From Candidatus Dojkabacteria bacterium (GTDB taxonomy: Bacteria > Patescibacteriota > Dojkabacteria > SC72), in assembly GCA_035370505.1 (NCBI GenBank), contig DAOOVU010000001.1, positions 17,109 to 81,108 of the forward strand: DNA of 64,000 nt, in the 5' to 3' direction. Below, piece by piece: positions 1 through 8,601 of this stretch (positions within the stretch are counted from its first letter, which is position 1; each line of letters opens with the position of its first letter). The notes beneath the pieces were generated by a model that had not been told where the DNA came from, searched no databases, and was given only the letters and a program-made list of their open reading frames with translations. The translations under genes were made by a program, and so were the position numbers.

Positions 1-1028
1 CTGATATTCTCAGGAATTTCAGAAGATGACATTATTACTAAGTCTCCTTTTTTTATCTTTATGGTTCTATGTTCATTGAGTGATATTCTATTTAATACTG
101 CAAATCTTTCTCCTTGACTTCCTGTGCATAGAATTAAGATTTTCTCATCAGGATATTTATTAAGATCCTTATCTTTAATGAAGATATCATCTTCAACATT
201 GATATAGCCATTATTTCTCGCAATGGTAATCGCTTGATCTAAACTTCTTCCTGCCAAAAGTACTTTTCTGTTTGTTTTTTTGGCTATCTCTATGACAGAG
301 TATAGTCTTGTTATTAGGGAAGAAAACGCCGAAAGGATTATTCTCCCAGGGTAATTGGATATGACCTCTTCTAAATTCTTTGAAACTTCAGTTTCAGACG
401 GTGCTTTTCCTGGAACAGTTGCATTAGTGCTTTCTATTAGTGCTAAATCTACTTTCCCTCTTAAACTGTGAAGCTTTTGATAGTCAGAAAGAGGCTCATT
501 CGCTGGTTTTACATCAAATTTAAAATCTCCTGAAAAAAACAGATTCCCTTTTGGACTCTCCAAAAATATAGAAAAAGCATCTGGAATACTATGGTTTATG
601 CCTATGAATGAAGCTTTGAAGTATTTTCCAATATTTATCTGAGAGTTTCTGTCTACTCCATATATTTTTACCTTGTCTTCCATTTTGTACTCTTTCATCT
701 TTAACTCTATGAGGGATTTCGCAAATCCTCCAGCATATATCGGAGGATATCCCAAATCAGGAAGCATCCATTTTAAGGCACCAATATGATCCAAATGTCC
801 ATGGGTTATCAATATTGCCTTAATATATTGCTTATTTTTTTTTAGATATCTTGTATTAGGAATTAAATAATCAATTCCATACATTTCCTGTCCAGGAAAT
901 GAATAACCAGCATCTACCACAACAATCTCATCTTTGTATTGGACAAAATTGCAATTTCTTCCTATTTCTGTAGTTCCTGATAGTGTGCATAGCTTCAGTA
1001 CATCTCTGTTATCTCTCTCTTCTTTCAT
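1..1028 (-). CDS. rnj: Ribonuclease J (5' part; runs off window start)
   Basis: Manual translation from ATG at 1028: MKEERDNRDVLKLCTLSGTTEIGRNCNF...VVDAGYSFP...GIDYLIPN...ITHGHLDHIGAL. HxHxDH metallo-beta-lactamase motif with RNase J N-terminus. Not in ORF track because truncated. Confidence 0.93.
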   Translation of the reverse strand, partial: MKEERDNRDVLKLCTLSGTTEIGRNCNFVQYKDEIVVVDAGYSFPGQEMYGIDYLIPNTRYLKKNKQYIKAILITHGHLDHIGALKWMLPDLGYPPIYAGGFAKSLIELKMKEYKMEDKVKIYGVDRNSQINIGKYFKASFIGINHSIPDAFSIFLESPKGNLFFSGDFKFDVKPANEPLSDYQKLHSLRGKVDLALIESTNATVPGKAPSETEVSKNLEEVISNYPGRIILSAFSSLITRLYSVIEIAKKTNRKVLLAGRSLDQAITIARNNGYINVEDDIFIKDKDLNKYPDEKILILCTGSQGERFAVLNRISLNEHRTIKIKKGDLVIMSSSEIPENI

Positions 1029-1149
1029 CTTTGTTAAATAATAATCAACTATTCAAATATCTGCAGATTATACCATAATCCAAAAATATGCTTTATGTTT
1101 TGCTTTGTAATAGCTATTTGTTATTGATATAATGCAAAAGATTTCAAAT

Positions 1150-3429
1150 ATGGAAAGAAATATACCAAAAACATTCGATTCAAAAGAAAATGAATCAAAA
1201 ATATATGAACTTTGGGAGAAATCTGGATATTGTAATCCAGATAATATGAGGGATTATTTAGAAAAGAATAATTTGGAAGTAAAACATTCTTTTACGATTA
1301 CTCTTCCTCCACCGAATGCTAATGGGAATCTTCACTTAGGGCATGTATGTGGATATTCTTTCCACGACTTAATTGGAAGGTATATGAGAATGACAGGGCA
1401 TCCGGTTCTGCTTCTCCCTGGGAAAGATCATGCTGGGATTCAAACAGAATCTGTTTTTACAAAAGTTTTAGAAAAAAGAGGATTGGACAAAAAGAAAATG
1501 GGAAGAGATGCATTCTATGAGGCTACATACAAATTTTGTATGGAAAATATTGAAAATGCTAGGGAGCAGGAAAAAAGGATAGGTTTGTCTGCTGACTATT
1601 CTAGGGAACTCTTTACGCTTGATCCTAAGCTCACAAAAATAGTGTATGAGACTTTCTACAAGATGTTTAAAGAAGGTTTGGTGTATAGAGATAAGAGGAT
1701 TATAAATCAATGTCCAAACTGTAAAACGGCTCTTGCAGATGTTGATACAGAGCATGAAGAAAGAAGAGGAATTTTTGCTTACATAGTGTATCCATTTGTT
1801 GATGAAAATGACAGGAAGCTTGCGAAGAAGATGTTTGGTGTAGAAGGTATAACTGTTGCCACAACAAGGCCTGAAACTATGCTTGGAGATACAGCTGTCG
1901 CAGTAAATAGTAAGGATGATCGATACAAGGATTTTGTTGGGAAGAAGGTTCTTCTACCAATTGCAAACAGGGAGATTCCAATAATTGCAGTTGATGATGT
2001 TGATATTAATCTAGGAACTGGAGCATTAAAGGTTACTCCTGCTCACTCTCCGATAGATTTTGAGATAGGGAGAAAAAATAATTTAGAAATAATTAATGTG
2101 ATAAACGAGGAAGGGAAGATGGATGGTAATATTCCAGAAAGATTTAAGGGTATGGGAACAGTAGAATGCTCTAAGGCATTATGCAGAGAGCTTGAGGGAC
2201 TTGGTTTGCTGGTAAAGATTGAAAATATTAAACATGATGTGGCAGTGTGTGAAAGATGTAAAACTCCTATCGAACCAATTATTTCCAATCAGTGGTTTTT
2301 GAATGTAGAACCTCTTGCAAAGGAAGCATTGAAAAGTATAAAAGAAGGTGAAGTCAAAGTTATTCCCTCTGGTCAGCAGAAGGCATTAGAATATTTCTAT
2401 GAAAATATTCAGCCTTGGTGTATCTCTAGACAGCTCTGGTGGGGTCAAAGAATTCCTGTCTGGTACAGTGGAGGGAAAAAATTGTATGACTGGATTCTTG
2501 AGAATAAAGGGAAAAGTGTTGAGGAATACGAGAAAGAAACAGGTTTGAAACCTAAGGGTACTGGAGAGATATTTTTGGGAGAGACTGTGCCTCAGTCGAA
2601 AAATGGAGAAATTTGGGAGCAAGAAGAAGATGTTTTTGATACTTGGTTCAGTTCTGGTCAGTGGCCTTTTTCCACGCTAGGAGGTGTTGATGGTGAAGAC
2701 TTTGCAAAGTATTACCCTACTCAACTGATGATTCATGGAAGAGATATTCTTTTTTGGTGGTCTGCAAGAATGATAATGATGGGGTTATATAGAACGGGAA
2801 AAGTACCCTTCTCTAAAGTATTTCTAACGGGAGTAATTTTGGCATCAGATGGATCTAAGATGTCAAAATCTAGAGGAAATGGAATTGAACCTGCACAGGT
2901 ATTTGAAAGATACGGGGCAGATGCTCTGAGGCTTTGGTACTACAGTGATGCTCTTCCAGGTTCTAATGCTCCTCTGCGTGAGGAAAAAATTAAGGGAAAC
3001 AGAAACTTCATAAACAAGATTTGGAATGCAAGTAGGTTTATACTAATGAATGTAGATGATTCTGAAATAGAGGCAATTGCATCGGTAAATGTGTTTAGTA
3101 GCGATAGAGTAAGAGAAAATCAAGAACATACAAAACAAGTTAAAAAATATATGGAGAAGTATAAGTTTAACCTTGGAGCAGAAAGTATTAGGGAGTTCTT
3201 CTGGCATACTTTTTGTGATAAGTGGATAGAGGAAATTAAAGTAGAAGTAAAAGATGAAGAAATAGGAAGTGAAAAAAGGATAAAGAAGCTTGCAGAACTT
3301 CTTTATCTATTAAAAGAGAATTTGAAGATAATGCATCCATTTGCTCCTTTTGTTACAGAAGCAGTTTGGCAAGAGTTGGTCAACTTGGGATTAGCAGATG
3401 GCCTTCTGTTTACGAAGCAGATTGATTAG
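1150..3429 (+). CDS. valS: Valyl-tRNA synthetase (short form)
   Basis: PPPNANGNLHLGH, DHAGIQT, ATTRPETMLGDTAVAV, WCISRQLWWG, KMSKS. Start 1150 preferred over 1132, which overlaps a TATAAT box. Confidence 0.96.
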   Translation: MERNIPKTFDSKENESKIYELWEKSGYCNPDNMRDYLEKNNLEVKHSFTITLPPPNANGNLHLGHVCGYSFHDLIGRYMRMTGHPVLLLPGKDHAGIQTESVFTKVLEKRGLDKKKMGRDAFYEATYKFCMENIENAREQEKRIGLSADYSRELFTLDPKLTKIVYETFYKMFKEGLVYRDKRIINQCPNCKTALADVDTEHEERRGIFAYIVYPFVDENDRKLAKKMFGVEGITVATTRPETMLGDTAVAVNSKDDRYKDFVGKKVLLPIANREIPIIAVDDVDINLGTGALKVTPAHSPIDFEIGRKNNLEIINVINEEGKMDGNIPERFKGMGTVECSKALCRELEGLGLLVKIENIKHDVAVCERCKTPIEPIISNQWFLNVEPLAKEALKSIKEGEVKVIPSGQQKALEYFYENIQPWCISRQLWWGQRIPVWYSGGKKLYDWILENKGKSVEEYEKETGLKPKGTGEIFLGETVPQSKNGEIWEQEEDVFDTWFSSGQWPFSTLGGVDGEDFAKYYPTQLMIHGRDILFWWSARMIMMGLYRTGKVPFSKVFLTGVILASDGSKMSKSRGNGIEPAQVFERYGADALRLWYYSDALPGSNAPLREEKIKGNRNFINKIWNASRFILMNVDDSEIEAIASVNVFSSDRVRENQEHTKQVKKYMEKYKFNLGAESIREFFWHTFCDKWIEEIKVEVKDEEIGSEKRIKKLAELLYLLKENLKIMHPFAPFVTEAVWQELVNLGLADGLLFTKQID

Positions 3430-3443
3430 AATCCTTTTGTATA

Positions 3444-3472
3444 TTTACTTTTTTGAGTTTTTTTGATAGAAT
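3444..3472 (+). promoter_or_regulatory. sigma70-type promoter of the orphan ORF
   Basis: TTTACT-17 nt-TAGAAT with TG extended -10. Confidence 0.5.
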
Positions 3473-3518
3473 ATCAGTGTAGGTCATTAAAAAAGCAAAA
3501 GAAAAGAGGAAAAATTGT

Positions 3519-3989
3519 ATGGACAGTGAAGTTATCAAAAACTTCCTGAAGACAGTGGAGGTTATCTCCCTGTTTTATCAGGTTGATCCTGAAATTAAGA
3601 ATCACAATTTTTTAAGGGATGATATTCGGATTAACCCTAATCATAGAACTTCAGAGGGTCTTTTCATTTATATGAATGATAGATTTCCAATTGAAGCGTA
3701 TACACTATGGGGAGGGATTAATTGCTTTGATCCGATTATTGAGTCCTTCAGGATAGGAAAAACATTTGATTTTACCCCAATATTTAAAAAAGGGAGGAAA
3801 GCACTTGTTTACTATAGCCTTAATGGTACTTTGAAAAAGGAAGAAAGTGCTTTCTTGGAATTTGATGTTTTTCCAAAAAACGCTATGTTTCCATCTTATG
3901 TCTACCGAGGAAGAATGAACGGATATGAGCATTTCCTTAAAGAATGGGATGACTTATTATCTTGGGGATATAAGGAGGGAATATACTAA
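3519..3989 (+). CDS. Orphan hypothetical protein (156 aa)
   Basis: ORF with AAGAGG SD, own promoter and downstream hairpins. No motif recognised. Confidence 0.7.
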   Translation: MDSEVIKNFLKTVEVISLFYQVDPEIKNHNFLRDDIRINPNHRTSEGLFIYMNDRFPIEAYTLWGGINCFDPIIESFRIGKTFDFTPIFKKGRKALVYYSLNGTLKKEESAFLEFDVFPKNAMFPSYVYRGRMNGYEHFLKEWDDLLSWGYKEGIY

Positions 3990-4080
3990 ATTTGGATGAA
4001 TTTGATGAAAAATATTTTAGGAGTCTTTCTCCAAAGGATACCAAGTCCAATACAAATGAGTTTTGATTTTGATGAATCTA

Positions 4081-4180
4081 ATGATAAATAATTGATATTT
4101 ATCATGGAAGAAGCTTGGTTGGTTTTTTACCAATTATTTTTATTGATAAGCCGAGCTTCTTCCTTCTTCTCTTTTGTTTT
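4081..4180 (+). terminator. Double hairpin / intrinsic terminator
   Basis: ATGATAAATA-N5-TATTTATCAT (4081-4105), then GGAAGAAGCTTGG...CCGAGCTTCTTCC (4106-4163), then a T-rich tract. Confidence 0.6.
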
Positions 4181-4228
4181 AACCTTCTATATATGTCCAT
4201 TTTGTGTACTGTTGTATAATACTTATGT

Positions 4229-5686
4229 ATGAATGATAAAAAAGTATATATAACTACGACTTTGCCGTATGTAAATGCAGAACCTCATATTGGTCATGCT
4301 TTAGAATTTGTTCAGGCAGATGCATCTGCTAGGTATTTTCGTCAAAAGTTAGGGAAGGAGAATGTTTTTTTTAATGTAGGCACTGATGAACATGGTTTGA
4401 AGATTTACAGGAAAGCTTTAGAAGAAAATATCTCTATTTATGATTTTGTTGATAAATATGCTCAAAGATTTGTTGATTATTGTAAATTATTTTTTGTTGA
4501 TTATGATTTTTTCTACAGAACTTCTTCCAAAGAGCATGTAAAGGTGGCTCAGGAATTTTGGAAGAGGTGTGCAGATCATGGAGATATTTACAAAAAGAAT
4601 TACAAGGGTTTGTACTGTGTTGGATGTGAGAGATTTATTACAGAAAAAGAATTAGTTGATGGAAAATGTCCAGATCATAATATTGAGCCAGAGCAAAGGG
4701 AGGAAGAAAATTACTTCTTCAGGTTGACATCATACAGAGAAAAACTTCTAAAATGGCTTAATGAAAATCCTGATTGTATCAAACCTAAATCTGCATTTGA
4801 TGAATTAAAGAAAATAATTTCTGAAATAGAGGATATAAGCATATCAAGAGTGAAAGAAAATCTTCCTTGGGGAATTGATGTCCCAGGAGATGATTCTCAA
4901 GTTATGTATGTTTGGTTTGATGCTTTAACGAATTATGTAGGAGCAGTAGGTTTTGGAGAGGATGAAAGGAAACTTATGGAATGGTGGAAAAATTCCGTTC
5001 AGTTTTTTGGGCCTGATAACCTTAGATTTCAGGGAGCTATATGGCAAGGCATGCTTATGTCAGGAAATCTTCCAAATACGAAGAAACTTCTTAGACATGG
5101 AATGGTTTTGGCATCAGATGGAAGAAAGATGTCAAAGTCTTTGGGTAATGTAGTTTCTCCGTTTGAAGAGGAGAAAAAATATGGAGCAGAAATAGTGAGA
5201 TTCTATTTGCTTGCAGGAATTTCAACATTTTTTGATTCTGCATACAGAGAAGAAGATCTTGTTAATATGTATAATGCAAGACTTGCTGATAATTATGGAA
5301 ATTTGCTTAATAGAGTAATACATTTAGCGAATTCTACAGGGGTAAAGATTAATGATGAAGAAAATGTAGAAAAAACTTTTCTTGATGAAGTTAACAAGTA
5401 TGAGTCTGAGATTAGTTCTTTGTATGAAGATTTCGAACTTTCTAGTGCGTTGGAAAAGGTAGATGAACTTGCTGATTTTGGGAATAAATACATTACGAAA
5501 GAGGAACCGTGGAGTAAGGGGTTAGAAAAAGGAAAGGTAGAAATAATACTAAACAATTTGAGTTATTTATTATCTGTTGTTACAAAGTTGTATTATCCTG
5601 CTATTCCAATCAGCAGTGCAAAAGCTGAAAAAGCGTTAAAGAATAGAGAAAAAATAATTCTTTTCAACAAACTTCAGCCTTTATGA
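4229..5686 (+). CDS. metG: Methionyl-tRNA synthetase (short form)
   Basis: TTTLPYVNAEPHIGH, GTDEHG, YCVGCE/CPDH zinc knuckle, YVWFDAL, KMSKSLGN. Confidence 0.96.
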   Translation: MNDKKVYITTTLPYVNAEPHIGHALEFVQADASARYFRQKLGKENVFFNVGTDEHGLKIYRKALEENISIYDFVDKYAQRFVDYCKLFFVDYDFFYRTSSKEHVKVAQEFWKRCADHGDIYKKNYKGLYCVGCERFITEKELVDGKCPDHNIEPEQREEENYFFRLTSYREKLLKWLNENPDCIKPKSAFDELKKIISEIEDISISRVKENLPWGIDVPGDDSQVMYVWFDALTNYVGAVGFGEDERKLMEWWKNSVQFFGPDNLRFQGAIWQGMLMSGNLPNTKKLLRHGMVLASDGRKMSKSLGNVVSPFEEEKKYGAEIVRFYLLAGISTFFDSAYREEDLVNMYNARLADNYGNLLNRVIHLANSTGVKINDEENVEKTFLDEVNKYESEISSLYEDFELSSALEKVDELADFGNKYITKEEPWSKGLEKGKVEIILNNLSYLLSVVTKLYYPAIPISSAKAEKALKNREKIILFNKLQPL

Positions 5687-5718
5687 TATACTAAGATTGT
5701 ACAAACTAAAACTGCTCA

Positions 5719-6270
5719 ATGCTTACATCTAAAAAGGAACCACAATCAATAAACTTTTTGGAGCCTGTCTATTCTCCCTCGGATATTTGGTCGAAGGCCT
5801 ATATTTGGCTCACAGATGTTGGAAAGTATCTACTGATAGGTGTCGAGCTTGTCGTTTTGGGTGTGTTTTTTTCTAGGTTTATCCTTGATAAAAAGAATAA
5901 TGACTTAACAGAAGAAATAAATGATAAAACTGCTTTGCTATCAAATGAAAGTTGGAAGCAAAAAGATGCTTTATTTGGAAATTATCAATCTTTACTTACA
6001 GATGTTAGAAAAGTAAGAGAAAATCAAACAATAAATTCGACTATAATTAGTGACTTGATCAGTGGTATCCCCTCTCTTTTGTCTTTAGATAGTTTCTCTT
6101 TCACAGAAAATCGTGTATTTTTGAGCCTAACAAGTACGAGTTTCGAAACAGTGAAAAATTATGAAACAGCATTAAAGAATAATCCGGACTATAAAGATGT
6201 TACATTTAATATAGTAAAAGAAAAATCTGATATTGGAGTAAAGGTTACTTTTACTTTGACTGGTGAATAA
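5719..6270 (+). CDS. PilN-like type IV pilus alignment protein
   Basis: N-terminal INFL motif (PilN INLLP-like), one TM helix, coiled coil, ferredoxin-like C-terminus. Followed by a PilO-like gene. Confidence 0.6.
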   Translation: MLTSKKEPQSINFLEPVYSPSDIWSKAYIWLTDVGKYLLIGVELVVLGVFFSRFILDKKNNDLTEEINDKTALLSNESWKQKDALFGNYQSLLTDVRKVRENQTINSTIISDLISGIPSLLSLDSFSFTENRVFLSLTSTSFETVKNYETALKNNPDYKDVTFNIVKEKSDIGVKVTFTLTGE

Positions 6271-6272
6271 AT

Positions 6273-6893
6273 ATGGAAAAGGAAAGTATTAATACAGTCG
6301 AATATATAAAAATAGTAAAGGAAGCTCCTGAGAAGAGAAAAGGGTATGGTTTTTTTGCGGTTACATTAATAGCTTCTATTCTTCTGATTGTATTTGCGAT
6401 AAGACCAACAATTCTAACTATTACAAGAATAAAAAAGGAGATTAAAGGAAAAGAGATTATGAATTCTCAACTTGATACAAAAATAACTACTTTATCATCA
6501 TTGGATAAGATATATCTTGAAAACAAGGAAAGTTTTGATAGTCTAAAATTGATCTTTCCTGCTGATGGGAATTTTAGTCTTTTTCTATCAAATGTTGATT
6601 CTATAGTTGCTAGAAATGGTTTCGCTTTAACTGGAATAATATTTGATGATTATAAAGGGGAGACTTACAAGGCTTCTTCTACTTCTGTTTTAAAACCAAA
6701 AACTGCAAGAGTTACAGTCAGTGGGAAGGTTGTTAATATTGTTAATTTATTGAAAGATTTTGAGGCTTTGCCAATGTATCCCGTTGTTGAGACTTTGTCT
6801 TTTACAAACCATGAAGATGATAATGGAATGATTACTTTTAGCATCGGGTTGAGAGTGTATGCTATAGATAATAATAATTTTTATAAAGAGTAG
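6273..6893 (+). CDS. PilO-like type IV pilus alignment protein
   Basis: TM ending FAIRPT, coiled coil, 'VTVSGKVVNIVNLLKDFEALP' PilO-type pattern. Confidence 0.65.
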   Translation: MEKESINTVEYIKIVKEAPEKRKGYGFFAVTLIASILLIVFAIRPTILTITRIKKEIKGKEIMNSQLDTKITTLSSLDKIYLENKESFDSLKLIFPADGNFSLFLSNVDSIVARNGFALTGIIFDDYKGETYKASSTSVLKPKTARVTVSGKVVNIVNLLKDFEALPMYPVVETLSFTNHEDDNGMITFSIGLRVYAIDNNNFYKE

Positions 6894-6895
6894 CT

Positions 6896-7138
6896 ATGGA
6901 TATTGTTAAGAAATCTCTTCCTGCACTAATATTGTTATTTGTTGTAGTAATGGCTTGGGTTGGTCTATCAGCATATTTTGATGCTACTGGAAAGGTTGTT
7001 GATACGAAAGCAACAGGCTATACGAGAGCTTTGAAAACATCTTTTGACTTAGAAGAATTAAATAAGGTAATGGATAGATCTAAGAAAGCTTTTCCAGTAT
7101 CTCCTGATGAGTTTCTATCTTTAATGGAAAAGGATTAG
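6896..7138 (+). CDS. Small single-TM protein, third gene of the PilN/PilO operon
   Basis: 80 aa with N-terminal TM, 2 nt after PilO-like stop. Confidence 0.6.
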   Translation: MDIVKKSLPALILLFVVVMAWVGLSAYFDATGKVVDTKATGYTRALKTSFDLEELNKVMDRSKKAFPVSPDEFLSLMEKD

Positions 7139-8217
7139 TCTATGTAATCATCAAGCTTTTGTTGTGAGGATTTATCTTTAAGTTTCTTCAGGGCTTTTGC
7201 TTCTATTTGTCTTATTCTTTCTCTAGTTACTCCAAATTCTTTCCCTACTTCCTCTAAAGTTCTTGATACTCCATCATCCAAACCAAATCTTAATGAAAGG
7301 ACTCTTCTTTCTCTATCTTGCAGTGTATCTAAGATTCCATGTAATTGGTTCTTTAAATACTCTGATGTTGCATAATCTTCTGGAGATTGTGACCAATCAT
7401 CTGGGATAATGTCTTGAAGTTTACTGTCTTTTTCTTCACCAGTTGGTGTTGAAAGTGAAGTTGGATTTTGATTTATTTTCCTTATTTCAGCTATCTTTTC
7501 AACATCTATTTGCATTTCTTTTGCAATTTCTTCATCAGTAGCAGGTCTCCCAAGTTTGGTAGCAAGAGCATTGCTGACTTTCCCATATTTATTTATCGTT
7601 TCTATCATGTGAACTGGAACTCTGATGGTTCTTGCCTGATCTGCGATTGCCCTAGTAATAGCTTGTCTGATCCACCATGTTGCATACGTAGAAAACTTAA
7701 AGCCTTTTTTGTAATCGAATTTCTCAACAGCTCTCATTAAGCCGATATTTCCCTCTTGTATCAAATCCAAGAGTTCTAAATTACTTTTGCTATACTTTTT
7801 TGCAATGCTAACTACTAATCTAAGGTTTGCTGTTATTAAAAGTTGTTGTGCCTCTTTATCTCCTTTTTCTATTCTTTTAGCCAAAATCACCTCTTCTTCA
7901 CCTGTTAGAAGTGGAATTCTTCCTATTTCAAACAGATATGATCTTATTGCGTCTGTGGAGATAGTTGATTGGATACTTTTTAGAATTTTTATTTTCTTTT
8001 CAAGAGTCAATTCTTCTTTTGAAACATCAGTCTTTTGATTTTCTTCTGGTTCTAGTACTTCTATTTCGTTTTCCTGTAATTTCTCAAATATTTTGTCTAA
8101 GAGTTTTACATTGTCTTCTATTGTTGGAAAAACATCAAGCAAATCTTCTTGAGTCAAAAAACCTTGCTCTTTTCCTTTTTTAATTAAGAAATTGATTGCT
8201 TTTGTATTATTCGGCAT
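7135..8217 (-). CDS. rpoD: Primary RNA polymerase sigma factor
   Basis: Region 1.1 ([11 protein letters not shown]), [43 protein letters not shown], region 4 [23 protein letters not shown] 8217 chosen as start. Confidence 0.97.
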   Translation of the reverse strand: MPNNTKAINFLIKKGKEQGFLTQEDLLDVFPTIEDNVKLLDKIFEKLQENEIEVLEPEENQKTDVSKEELTLEKKIKILKSIQSTISTDAIRSYLFEIGRIPLLTGEEEVILAKRIEKGDKEAQQLLITANLRLVVSIAKKYSKSNLELLDLIQEGNIGLMRAVEKFDYKKGFKFSTYATWWIRQAITRAIADQARTIRVPVHMIETINKYGKVSNALATKLGRPATDEEIAKEMQIDVEKIAEIRKINQNPTSLSTPTGEEKDSKLQDIIPDDWSQSPEDYATSEYLKNQLHGILDTLQDRERRVLSLRFGLDDGVSRTLEEVGKEFGVTRERIRQIEAKALKKLKDKSSQQKLDDYID

Positions 8218-8244
8218 ATTTAAATTATGGTATAATTTAGATAT

Positions 8245-8583
8245 ATGAATAGCAAAAATAATAGCACACAAGAAGAGAAGCAGTTTTTTATCGATTCAAT
8301 ATCGAGATTCTGTGATAAATGTGGCACTGCATATACTCCTGATGATGTTAATATCTTTCAAAACACCAGTACAACGACGATTATACACTTCTCATGTAGT
8401 CATTGTAAAGCAGAGCATATTGCTACCTTTATCAAAAGTCTGGGCTTGAGTCAAAGAGTTCCAGTAAGTACAGATCTTAATGTAGATGAGATTAAGAAAT
8501 TTGCTGAAATGAAGGAAATTTCTCTGCAAGAAGTATTAAACATGTATACTTTGCTAAAAAGGAGTTCAGCTACAGAGATTTAA
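8245..8583 (+). CDS. Zinc-ribbon protein
   Basis: CDKC...CSHC pair; TGnTATAAT 8 nt before ATG. Confidence 0.75.
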   Translation: MNSKNNSTQEEKQFFIDSISRFCDKCGTAYTPDDVNIFQNTSTTTIIHFSCSHCKAEHIATFIKSLGLSQRVPVSTDLNVDEIKKFAEMKEISLQEVLNMYTLLKRSSATEI

Positions 8584-8601
8584 GGTTAATTTCTTCATTG
8601 T

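Noticed and set aside
3990-4090. Possible frameshifted continuation of the 156-aa orphan
   Set aside because: Only short open stretches; no homolog available to support a frameshift.
4081-4163. Hairpins after orphan ORFs (also 21055-21140) as integron attC sites
   Set aside because: No RYYYAAC/GTTRRRY core sites, no tandem array, no integrase in the window.
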